A DNA stretch of 42,985 nucleotides from Gemmatimonadaceae bacterium (lineage in GTDB: Bacteria > Gemmatimonadota > Gemmatimonadetes > Gemmatimonadales > Gemmatimonadaceae). The DNA lies in NCBI GenBank assembly GCA_035265545.1, contig DATFOL010000164.1, positions 1 to 42,985 of the forward strand, in the 5' to 3' direction. Below the pieces are notes generated by a model. That model saw only the letters and a program-made list of their open reading frames with translations, searched no databases and was not told the DNA's origin. The position numbers and the translations under genes are program-made. How positions within the stretch are numbered: the first letter of the stretch is position 1; each line of letters opens with the position of its first letter. This document shows positions 17,372-26,554 of this stretch, piece by piece.

Positions 17372-20300
17372 GCCTCAGCGCGCCGTTCATTCGGCGGCCG
17401 GTCGCGACCACGCTCGTCATGGTCGCCTTCCTGGTGTTCGGCTGGCTCGCCTATCAGCGGCTGCCAGTGAGCGACTTGCCCACCGTGGACTATCCGGTGA
17501 TCACAGTGAGCGCGAGCCTTCCTGGGGCCAACCCGGAAACGATGGCCGCTGCGGTGGCGACGCCGCTCGAGCAGCAGTTCTCTACGATCGCCGGCATCGA
17601 CCAGATGACGTCATCGAGCACGCTCGGCTCGACGAGCATCGTCCTCCAGTTCGCGCTGGATCGCGACATCGACGCGGCCGCCCAGGACGTGCAGGCGGCG
17701 ATCTCGAAGACGCTGCGCTCGCTCCCACAGGGCATCATTCCTCCTTCCTATCAGCGCTCCAACCCCGCCGCCGCGCCGATCCTCTATCTCGCGCTGACGT
17801 CCGACCAGCTCTCCCTCTCCAAGCTCGACGAGTATGGAGAGACGTTGATCGGCCAGCGTCTCTCGATGGTGGACGGCGTGGCGCAGGTGGTGGTCTTCGG
17901 GTCGCAGAAGTACGCCGTCCGAGTGCAGGTGGACCCGCGCGCGCTCGCCGGTCGCGGCATCGGCATCGACGAGGTCGCGAGCGCGATCAGCACCCAGAAC
18001 GTCAGCCAGCCCACCGGGACACTCTGGGGTCCCTCGAAGGCGGTGACGCTACAGGCGACTGGCCAACTCACGAACGCGGCAGAGTTCCGCCGCGTCGTCG
18101 TGAAGTGGGTCGACGGCGCCCCAGTGCACCTAGGGGAGCTCGGACGCGTCCTCGACGACGTGCAGAGCAACAAGGTGGCGGCCTGGATCGGCGGCACCCC
18201 CGGGGTGGTGCTGGCCGTCCAGCGCCAACCGGGCACCAACACCGTCCAGGTCGTGAACGACGTGCGGGCGGCGATCGCTCAGCTCGCGCCACAGATTCCG
18301 CAGAGTGTCAAGCTCCAGGTCGTCTACGATCGCTCGCAGCAGATCGAGGCGTCCGTGCACGACGTCAAGTCCACGCTGGTCCTGACGATCGGTCTCGTCG
18401 TCCTCGTCATCTTCGTGTTCCTGCGGAACCTTTCGGCCACGACCATCCCGGCGGTCGCGCTGCCGCTCTCCATCGTCGGGACGTTCGCTGTGATGTCGGT
18501 GCTCGGCTTCAGCCTCGACAACCTGTCCCTCATGGCGCTGACGCTTTCGACCGGCTTCGTCGTCGACGACGCCATTGTGATGCTCGAGAACGTCGTCCGA
18601 CATCTCGAGATGGGGAAGCCACGGCTGCAGGCGGCGCTCGACGGCGCGGCGGAAGTCGGGTTCACGATCCTCTCGATGACGCTGTCACTGGTCGCGGTGT
18701 TCATCCCCCTCTTGTTCATGCCAGGGGTAATCGGGCGGTTGTTCCACGAGTTCTCCGTCACGATCGGTGCGGCAATCCTCGTCTCGGCCGTCGTCTCGCT
18801 GACGCTGACGCCGATGCTCGCCAGCCGCTTTCTTCACAGCGGAAGCGAGACGACACCTGGTCGCATGTCACAGTCGGTGGAACACGCATTCGATCGTGTG
18901 CGGGATGGGTACGAGCGGACGCTGCATTGGGTCATGGATCATCGGACGATCACGCTCGCGTTCTCCGCACTCACGCTCCTGCTCACGGTGCTCCTCTTCC
19001 AGCGCGTCGAGAAGGGGTTCATTCCCACCGACGACACTGGGCAGATCTCCGGGTCGACCCTGGCCGCGCAGGGTTCATCGTTCGATGCCATGGTGCGCTA
19101 TCACCAACAGCTCTCCGCGATCCTCGCCCGCGACACGAATCTCGTGACCTTCATCTCTTCGGTCGGGTCGGGCGGGCGCAACGGCACGACCAATCAGGGC
19201 ACGTTCTTGCTGACGCTCAAGCCGAGTGGCCATCGCTTGCCCGCAGACCGGGTGATCGCCGAGCTGCGGCCCAAGCTCGCCCAGGTGCCCGGGGTCACGA
19301 CGTTCCTGCAGATGCCGCCGGCGATTCAGCTCGGCGGGCAGAGCACCCAGAACCCCTACCAGCTCCAGCTCACGAGCCCCGATCTGACGACGCTCTACGC
19401 CGCGGCGCAGCGACTCGAGCAGCAGATGCACTCGCTGTCAGCACTCTCGAGCGTCGTGAGCAACCTTCAAGTCGCGAACCCACAGGTCCTGGTGCAGATC
19501 GATCGCGACCGAGCCGCAGCCGCGGGTGTGACGGTGTCGCAGATCGAGAGCGCACTCTACGACGCCTACGGCTCCGCGCAGGCCTCCACGATCTACACTC
19601 CGGCGAACCAGTACTGGGTTGTGCTCGAGCTGCTCCCGGAGTTCCAGCGCGATGCCAGCGCTCTCGGGATGCTGTATGTCCGGTCGGGAGGCGGAACGCT
19701 CGTGCCGCTCTCCTCGGTCGCCACGCTCACGCCGACGGTCGGGCCGCTCAGCGTGAATCACGCGGGCCAGCAGCCCGCGGTGACCATCTCGTTCGACACG
19801 CGCCCGGGAGTGTCGCTCGGAACCGCGACCGCACAGATCGACTCGCTCGCCCGAGGCGTGCTGCCGGGCGGCATCACGACGGCGTACACCGGCAACGCGC
19901 AGGGATTCCAGTCGGCGCAGGGCAGCCTGCTCGCACTGCTCCTGGTCGCGGTCTTCGTGATCTATCTCGTGCTGGGAATCCTGTACGAAAGCTTCGTGCA
20001 CCCGCTCACGATCCTCACCGGCCTCCCGTTCGCGGCGTTCGGCGCGCTGCTCACCCTCTATGTGCTGCATATCGAGCTGGACGTGTACGGCTACGTCGGC
20101 CTCCTCCTGCTCGTCGGCATCGTGAAGAAGAATGCGATCATGATGATCGACTTCGCGGTGGAGCGGGAGCGCACGCAGCGCGTGCCGGCGGCGACGGCGA
20201 TCGTCGAGGCGGCGACGGTGCGCTTCAGGCCCATCATGATGACTACGTTCGCCGCGCTCATCGGAGCGCTGCCGATCGCGTTGGGCATCGGGGCAGGCGC

Positions 20301-20481
20301 CGCTACGCGTCGTCCGCTCGGGCTCGTGGTGGTCGGCGGGCTGGCCTTCTCGCAGCTGGTCACGTTGTACGTGACCCCCGTGTTCTACAGCTATTTCGAT
20401 GAGGCGCCGCGGCGAGTCACGGCATGGTGGCAGCGCCGCCGGCCACGGTTCGGGCGGTCGGAATTGCCCCGCGTGGGCTGA
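17368..20481 (+). CDS. RND efflux permease (AcrB/MdtB/MdtC-like, HAE1-type)
   Basis: N-terminus [59 protein letters not shown] is typical of the ACR_tran family. About 1037 aa with 12 TM-like segments and two large periplasmic loops. The in-frame upstream extension to 16051 in the track is spurious. Confidence 0.9.
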   Translation: [1037 protein letters not shown]

Positions 20482-20502
20482 CCTGCCCCACACGCGAACT
20501 GG

Positions 20503-21138
20503 TCAGCGTAGCGCCGGAAGCATGATGGTCGACAGGAATCGGCGGGCGCGGTTGATCCGGCTCTTCACTGTGCCCAGGCAGCAGCCGACGATGTCGGCGA
20601 TCTCCTCGTAGCTCTTCCCCTCCAGCTCGCGGAGGATGAAGACCTGCCGCTGATGAGGCGGGAGTCGCTCGATCGAAACCTCGACGAGCGCCTGGAGCCG
20701 CCGCTCGTGAAACAGATCATCCGGCCGAAACCGCGTATCCTCGAGCTCCGGCGTGCCCTGGTTCTGCCACCTCTGCGTGACGATCGGAAGTAGGATCGGT
20801 CTGCGCGCTCCCCGTCTGAGCTCGTTTTTCGCGAGGTTGGAAGCGATCACGAAGATCCAGGTCGAGAATTTCTTCGAGTGATCGAAGTGGTGCGCGTGAC
20901 GATACACGCGGATGAACGCCTCCTGCACCAGGTCTTCTGACCGCTCCCGGTCTCCGATCATGCGGTAGACGAAGCTCAGAAGCCGCGTCTGATAGCGTTC
21001 GATCAGCTCCGCGAACGCGCGCTCCTCGCCCGCGACGTAGGCGCGCACCAGATCGGAGTCGTCCAGGCTGCGCAGCCGCTCCCGGACGATGACGCCCGAT
21101 GAATGTGCGACCTGCTGCTTCCGCGCGGCGTCGGCCAA
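20503..21138 (-). CDS. ECF (sigma-70 group 4) RNA polymerase sigma factor
   Basis: Region 2: RLLSFVYRMIGDRERSEDLVQEAFIRVYRHAHHFD...FSTWIFVIASNLAKN. Region 4.2: QRQVFILRELEGKSYEEIADIVGCCLGTVKSRINRARRFL. Confidence 0.88.
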   Translation of the reverse strand: MADAARKQQVAHSSGVIVRERLRSLDDSDLVRAYVAGEERAFAELIERYQTRLLSFVYRMIGDRERSEDLVQEAFIRVYRHAHHFDHSKKFSTWIFVIASNLAKNELRRGARRPILLPIVTQRWQNQGTPELEDTRFRPDDLFHERRLQALVEVSIERLPPHQRQVFILRELEGKSYEEIADIVGCCLGTVKSRINRARRFLSTIMLPALR

Positions 21139-21358
21139 GTTGAGCTCCGGCTAGCGTCTCGGCAGCGAGGACAGCTCGCGGCACGAGGCGGTCGTGTGAA
21201 TGCGATGGTCGTACGGTGGCGCTGGAAAGATGAGAGCATGACCGATGACGATCTTGGATCGCGTTGCGGTCGTCGCTTGTTCGGCGAGTTGCGAGGTCCG
21301 CCGGATGACGACAGCGCCGATCCGGACTCGATGCAGACGAGCATCGTCTCGGCCCCAC

Positions 21359-21685
21359 TCACGCAAGCGTCCAGGCAATCAGCATGCAGACGGCCGTCAT
21401 GACGACGAGCGCCGTGCCGAAGCATGCGTCGGCGATGCGCTCCAGCCTCCGCCGCCGATGCGTCGTGCGCGAGCGAAGGCTGGCGTATGCGAACATGCAG
21501 GCGGCGAGGAACAGCATCGCGTCCACCGACAACACGTTGTCGGCGATGCTGTCGATCGGCTTCAGCTGAGCGATGATGCGAAACAGGCCGATCACGGTGA
21601 GACATAGTCCCACCAGTTGGGCGGACACGCTGAAGATGTGGACGTTCAGCTCGCGCTCGGTCTCGCTATCGAATTCGGGTGTCAT
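21359..21685 (-). CDS. Hypothetical small integral membrane protein (3 predicted TM)
   Basis: ORF with hydrophobic segments [29 protein letters not shown] and [17 protein letters not shown]. The start is taken at MTPEFDSE (21685); the ORF is open to 21742. No family recognised. Confidence 0.45.
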   Translation of the reverse strand: MTPEFDSETERELNVHIFSVSAQLVGLCLTVIGLFRIIAQLKPIDSIADNVLSVDAMLFLAACMFAYASLRSRTTHRRRRLERIADACFGTALVVMTAVCMLIAWTLA

Positions 21686-21949
21686 GGAGTGTCGCGACGA
21701 GGCGCGACCGCCCCGGTGCGCGCCACGTCGCAGGCCGGACACGCTACGGAGCGGTCATCTGTCGAATCTGACGTGCCGGATCGCCGGCATCTTGACGCTC
21801 GTTGCGTTCCGGCTGTTGTCGATTCCACTCGGCCCGGCGGAACACCCCACGAACTACCACGATCGGGGAATTGCGCCGGTGCCGGCCGATGCATTCGTTC
21901 CAGGGAGCGCAGTGACCGCTCGATCCTCGGCTACCATCCGGAGTTCCGC

Positions 21950-22582
21950 GTGGGCAAGGTTCCCCCGATTCGAGTACTTGCGGCCGACGACCACCCGATG
22001 GTGCGCGCCGGGCTTGCCGCAGTGATCGGCGCCGAGCCCGATATGTCCTTCGTCGGCGAGGCGGCGACCGGGAGTGAAGCCGTGTCACTTTACCGGCAGC
22101 ACCGCCCCGACGTCGTTCTGATGGATCTGCGCATGCCCGGGATGGACGGGCTCGCCGCAACGCGGCAGATCCTCGGAGAGTTCCCGGGGGCGCGCATCGT
22201 GGTGCTCACGACCTACGACGGGGACGAGGACATCCATCGCGCCCTCGAGGCCGGGGCCAAGGGATACCTTCTCAAGGACATGCTCCGCACCGCCGTGCTC
22301 AACACGATCCGCGCGGTCCATCGGGGACAGAAAGTGATCCCACCCGAAGTCGCCGCGCGCCTGGCGGAGTTCGTGCCGCGCATCCAGCTCTCCGAACGGG
22401 AGCTGGAGGTACTCGCCCTCACCGCCAAAGGGCTCAGCAACAAGGAGATCGCACGCGTCCTCGGGCGCGCCGAAGAGACCGTCAAGGTCCACCTCAAGAA
22501 CATCTTCGAGAAGCTGGGCGTCGACGATCGTACGGAAGCGGTGACGACGGCGCTGCAGCGCGGGATTCTGCACACCGACTGA
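21950..22582 (+). CDS. NarL/LuxR-family response regulator (REC + HTH_LuxR)
   Basis: GTG at 21950 with GGAG about 7 nt upstream. REC residues [30 protein letters not shown] and GYLLKD. LuxR HTH: [45 protein letters not shown]. Confidence 0.88.
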   Translation: MGKVPPIRVLAADDHPMVRAGLAAVIGAEPDMSFVGEAATGSEAVSLYRQHRPDVVLMDLRMPGMDGLAATRQILGEFPGARIVVLTTYDGDEDIHRALEAGAKGYLLKDMLRTAVLNTIRAVHRGQKVIPPEVAARLAEFVPRIQLSERELEVLALTAKGLSNKEIARVLGRAEETVKVHLKNIFEKLGVDDRTEAVTTALQRGILHTD

Positions 22583-22813
22583 GCACGCCGCCGTGCAGGG
22601 CCCGTGGCCACGCATTCAAGCGAGGCTTCATCCGCAACGCCCAGTCGGCGACGGTCGGGCAACGCGGTGCAAGAACCTCCGAGGGCGCGGGGCAATGTTC
22701 TTCGTGCAGCGCCGAGGCGCTCGAGTCGCAACGACCAACAGCGGCGGAGCGATCCGCGGAGGGCGCGGCGACCCGCGATGCACCGCGCACGCGTGCTCAC
22801 GAAGGAGGGATCG

Positions 22814-24421
22814 ATGTCGGGATGGCCACGTACGCGAAATGCTCTATTGCGTCTGGCATCGGCGGGCGCCGTGGGCGCCGCGGCCCTGACGATGCGCTCC
22901 CCGGATTCGACGCGTAGCCAGCCCGTGACCGTGATGGCCTCCGGCGGCGCGGTCGACGGCAACCTCGACGACGTGAGCCGCGCGCTCGCCACAGTGGCAG
23001 CGAGAGTGAAGCCAAGCGTTGTCTTCATCACGTCGAGGGTGCTCGTGCCACTCGCCGCCGGGTCGGACATCGAGTCCTTCCCATCGAATCTGCCGCCCGA
23101 GATCGCGCCGTTCTTCCGCAATGCACCACGGCGCCCGGACGGTGTACCCGGTCGATCTCCACGCGCCGAGATGATGAGCGCCGGATCAGGCTTCGTCGTG
23201 TCGTCCGATGGCTACATCCTGACCAACGCGCACGTGATCGCCGGGGCGCGCCAAGTGACGGTGCGACTCCTCGACCGCCGAGAGTTCCGAGCGCAGGTGG
23301 TCGGCACCGATCCCGCCACCGATGTCGCCGTGCTCAAGGTCGAGGCACGTGGACTCACGCCGCTCCCCTTCGGCAACAGTGATTCGCTCGAGGTGGGAGA
23401 GCTGGTGCTCGCCGTCGGGAATCCGCTCGGCGAGAGTCTCACCTTCTCGGTGACGTCGGGCATCGTGAGCGCCAAGGGCCGCGTGCTGGATCTGCCTAGC
23501 CAGAGCTCGCGGAGCATCCAGGACTTCATTCAGACCGACGCCGCCATCAACGCCGGGAACTCGGGCGGGCCGCTCGTCAACACACACGGCGAGATGGTCG
23601 GGATCAATGCAGCACTCGCGAGCCCCACAGGCTCGTACGCAGGTTACGGTTTCGCAGTGCCGGCCAATCTCGCACGGCGCGTCATGCAGCAGCTCGTCTC
23701 GAGCGGACACGTCGCGCGCGCCGCGCTCGGCATCGCCGTTCACGACGCATCCGCCGAGGATGCATCGTACGTGGCGCTTTCGGAGATCCGAGGGGTGCTC
23801 GTTGAGGACATGGGAGACGCCGATGGGCCGGCCCGCCGTGCCGGGCTCCGGGCGGGCGACGTCATCATCGCCGCTGACGGGCAGCGGATCGATCACGTCG
23901 CGCAGCTCCAGGAGGCGACGGCGTTTCGAACCCCGGGCGACGTGATCGCCCTACAGGTTGCCCGGAAGGGCGGATCTCGCGCCACGGTTCATGTTCCACT
24001 GGTGCCAGCGTTGGAGGACTCGACCGCGAACGATCGCGACGATGACACGGACGGTCGCAACGACGACGATGAGGAGAGCGGTGCTGCTCGCGTGGGCGCG
24101 CGCGTATCGTCACTCCTCATCCGCGTAGCTTCCGTGGACGCCGATGTGAGGCGAGTCCTGGCGTTACCGCCCGACGTTCGCGGGGTCGTGGTGCTGACCG
24201 TGTCGCCGATGGGTCCCGCGGCCGACCGTCTCGCGGGGCTCCGTGACGGACCGGATGTGATCCTCTCCGTGGAAGACAAACCCGTGCAATCCACCGCAGG
24301 ACTGCGCGATGCGCTCGACGCCGTGCGCCCGGGTGAGGTCGTGACGCTGCTCGTGTACAACGCGATCTCGCGCACGCGACGCGTGGAACGTGTGCGCACC
24401 GCGACAAGCGCGACGGACTGA
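22814..24421 (+). CDS. Periplasmic serine endoprotease, HtrA/DegP (Do) family, two PDZ domains
   Basis: ATG at 22814 preceded by GAAGGAGG. Catalytic triad contexts ILTNAHVI (His), DVAVLKV (Asp) and GNSGGPL (Ser). PDZ-like segments (GLRAGDVIIAADGQRI... and ...VILSVEDKPVQS) are separated by an acidic insert (DRDDDTDGRNDDDEESG). Confidence 0.9.
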   Translation: MSGWPRTRNALLRLASAGAVGAAALTMRSPDSTRSQPVTVMASGGAVDGNLDDVSRALATVAARVKPSVVFITSRVLVPLAAGSDIESFPSNLPPEIAPFFRNAPRRPDGVPGRSPRAEMMSAGSGFVVSSDGYILTNAHVIAGARQVTVRLLDRREFRAQVVGTDPATDVAVLKVEARGLTPLPFGNSDSLEVGELVLAVGNPLGESLTFSVTSGIVSAKGRVLDLPSQSSRSIQDFIQTDAAINAGNSGGPLVNTHGEMVGINAALASPTGSYAGYGFAVPANLARRVMQQLVSSGHVARAALGIAVHDASAEDASYVALSEIRGVLVEDMGDADGPARRAGLRAGDVIIAADGQRIDHVAQLQEATAFRTPGDVIALQVARKGGSRATVHVPLVPALEDSTANDRDDDTDGRNDDDEESGAARVGARVSSLLIRVASVDADVRRVLALPPDVRGVVVLTVSPMGPAADRLAGLRDGPDVILSVEDKPVQSTAGLRDALDAVRPGEVVTLLVYNAISRTRRVERVRTATSATD

Positions 24422-24587
24422 CGCCATGCCCGTCGCGCGCACGAGATCTGGTGCGATCGGCCGGCCACCCGGGCAGACGCACTTCCCGCTACAACCTCAT
24501 CCAAGACCGGGCGGTCGGTCCCTCACATGTTCGTGGCGCCGCGTCAGGCGGCGAATGTCTCGCATACGAACATACGGGAGAAGTGAC

Positions 24588-25157
24588 ATGACCAATCAGA
24601 TCGACACGGACGTGGAGCACGCAAGGAGTGCGCACGAGGTCGCGCCGCCGTCGGCCGGCACGACGCTCGTGGCCATCTTCGCCACCCACACCGCTGCGGA
24701 GACAGCCATCACGGAGCTCGGTACCGCGGGAATCCCCCTGTGGCAGCTCTCGATCATCGGCAAGGACTATCGGACGGAGGAGCATCCGGTAGGGTTCTAC
24801 AACGTTGGGGACCGGGTGCGCGTCTGGGGAGCGCGCGGCGCGTTCTGGGGCGCCCTCATCGGTCTGCTCGTGAGCCCGGCCTTCTTCATACTTCCCCTCG
24901 TAGGCCACATCGTCGTGTTCGGCCCGCTCACGAGTGCGCTCGTCGGCACCCTGGAGGGTGCCACCGTCGGGGGCGGGGTGAGCGCGCTCGCCGGCGCGCT
25001 CGCGAGCGTCGGCGTGCCGCGCGACTCGATCGTCCGCTATGAGGCCGCCATCAAGGCCGACCAGTTCGTGGTGATCGTCCATCGAGCCGACGAGCGCGAG
25101 GCGGAGATCGCCGAGCGGGTGCTGCGGGAGAGCGCTCAGTCGGTCGATCGGACGTGA
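24588..25157 (+). CDS. General-stress-protein-17M/YflT-like domain membrane protein
   Basis: ATG at 24588 with GGGAG upstream. N-terminal YflT-like segment (LVAIFATHTAAETAITELGTAGIPLWQLSIIGKDY). Gly-rich TM/glycine-zipper region (GAFWGALIGLLVSPAFFILPLVGHIVVFGPL...GATVGGGVSALAGALASVG). C-terminal segment VPRDSIVRYEAAIKADQFVVIVH. Confidence 0.6.
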   Translation: MTNQIDTDVEHARSAHEVAPPSAGTTLVAIFATHTAAETAITELGTAGIPLWQLSIIGKDYRTEEHPVGFYNVGDRVRVWGARGAFWGALIGLLVSPAFFILPLVGHIVVFGPLTSALVGTLEGATVGGGVSALAGALASVGVPRDSIVRYEAAIKADQFVVIVHRADEREAEIAERVLRESAQSVDRT

Positions 25158-25432
25158 GCTGCGGCTAGCTCGGCCGAGGCGGTACTAGCGCAAATCGGCG
25201 CGGCTCGCCAACCTCAACGGCGAGTCGCTCCGGTGCGCCTCAAACCACCCTCAAGCCCGACGCTGCGTACGCGCTGCCGTATCCTCCGGCGTCGCACTCG
25301 TGGTCTGCCTCTGCCCGGCGCACTGCCGGCTGGTCGGCCGCTGGGCGTCGAGGCACATGGGACACGGCTCTGGTGACGCCTGCTGGCCGAGCCACGATGG
25401 ATCCCTGCGCACCGTCAACCTGAGAGTGGCCC

Positions 25433-26143
25433 ATGACCTCGGTCGAGCCGATCGTCTACGTCGTCGACGACGACCTCTCGGTCCGCCAGGCGCTGAGCAG
25501 CTTGATTCGATCCGTCGGCATGCGTGTCGAGACTTTCGCGTCGGCGAGGGATTTTCTCGAGCACACCCGCAGCGATGCCCCGTCGTGTCTCGTGCTCGAC
25601 GTGCTCCTCGCCGATTCGAGCGGGCTCGAGCTACCGAGCAAGCTCCGAGCGGCCGACGTGCGGATCCCGATCATCTTCATCACCGGCCACGGCACGATCC
25701 CGATGAGCGTGCGCGCCATGAAGGCCGGAGCAGTGGAGTTTCTCACGAAGCCGTTTCGCGAGGAGGAGCTCATCGCCGCGGTACAGCAAGCGCTCGCGCG
25801 CGACCGCGTGGCCCGCGAGGAGCACGCAGAGCTGGCGGGCCTTCGACAGCGTGTTGAGAAGCTCACGGCGCGGGAACGGGACGTGCTCGCGCTCGTGGTC
25901 ACCGGACGACTCAACAAGCAGATCGCCGCAGAACTGGGCATCGCGGAGCAGACGATCAAGTTGCATCGCGGCCGCATCATGCAGAAGCTGGGCGTAGGTT
26001 CGGTCGCCGAGCTGGTACGGCTCGTGGAGCATCTCCACTCGGATCGCCCCTCCGTGGTCGACGTGGAATCCCCGAGGCGCCCGAGAGTGTCGCCGCAGGA
26101 CGGTCTCGAAACCGGCGGAGCAGGGCCCATCGTACGAAAGTAG
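25433..26143 (+). CDS. FixJ-type response regulator (REC + LuxR-type HTH) with ~35-aa C-terminal tail
   Basis: REC residues VYVVDDDLSV, CLVLDVLLADSSG, IIFITGHG and EFLTKPF. HTH: LTARERDVLALVVTGRLNKQIAAELGIAEQTIKLHRGRIMQKLGV. Confidence 0.88.
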   Translation: MTSVEPIVYVVDDDLSVRQALSSLIRSVGMRVETFASARDFLEHTRSDAPSCLVLDVLLADSSGLELPSKLRAADVRIPIIFITGHGTIPMSVRAMKAGAVEFLTKPFREEELIAAVQQALARDRVAREEHAELAGLRQRVEKLTARERDVLALVVTGRLNKQIAAELGIAEQTIKLHRGRIMQKLGVGSVAELVRLVEHLHSDRPSVVDVESPRRPRVSPQDGLETGGAGPIVRK

Positions 26144-26182
26144 CATGGTGCCTTGGTTGTCCTCGGCACACCATGAGTGTGT

Positions 26183-26554
26183 ATGGCAACCGAGACTACA
26201 ACCATCGCGGTCGTCGAGGACGACGCCGGAGTTCGCACGGCGCTCGGACAGCTGCTCAGGGCGGCGGATTTCAATGCGCTGACCTTTGGGTCGGCCGAGG
26301 AGTTCCTGGCCTCGGGCCTCCGCGCCAGCGTTGACTGTCTGATTGCGGACATCAATCTGCCCGGGATGAGTGGCGTCGCGCTGCTGAAAGCGCTGGCAGC
26401 GAGCGGGCCCGTTCCACCAGCCCTCCTGATCACCGCCCGCGACGATGCGGCGACGCTGGAGATGATTCGTCAGGCGGCGCCCGTGCGGCACCTGCGCAAG
26501 CCGTTCGGCGACGAGGAGCTCTTCCAGGCGATCGAACATGCCCGGCTTGGTTGA
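26183..26554 (+). CDS. Single-domain (CheY-like) response regulator receiver
   Basis: REC residues IAVVEDDAGV, CLIADINLPGMSG, ALLITARDD and HLRKPF. There is no output domain. ATG at 26183; an in-frame GTG at 26177 is also possible. Confidence 0.85.
   Translation: MATETTTIAVVEDDAGVRTALGQLLRAADFNALTFGSAEEFLASGLRASVDCLIADINLPGMSGVALLKALAASGPVPPALLITARDDAATLEMIRQAAPVRHLRKPFGDEELFQAIEHARLG

Noticed and set aside
17271-20402. 1043-aa plus-strand ORF in an alternative frame of the RND permease, and the in-frame 5' extension 16051-17367 of the permease ORF
   Set aside because: The alternative frame is Arg/Gly/Pro/Ala-rich with no TM pattern. The extension overlaps the well-supported OMF and adaptor genes. 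The canonical RND N-terminus ([15 protein letters not shown]) begins at 17368.
21139-21358. ECF-type autoregulated promoter (GGAAC-N16/17-CGT) or a small ORF (75-99 aa track entries) upstream of the ECF sigma gene
   Set aside because: I could not place a convincing -35/-10 pair by eye. The small ORFs have no SD, no motifs and a noise-like composition.
21774-21797. Inverted repeat TGCCGG-ATCG-CCGGCA abutting a TTGACG hexamer in the region upstream of the NarL-type regulator gene
   Set aside because: There is no acceptable -10 element at 16-18 nt spacing, and the 6-bp GC-rich palindrome is short enough to occur by chance in this composition.
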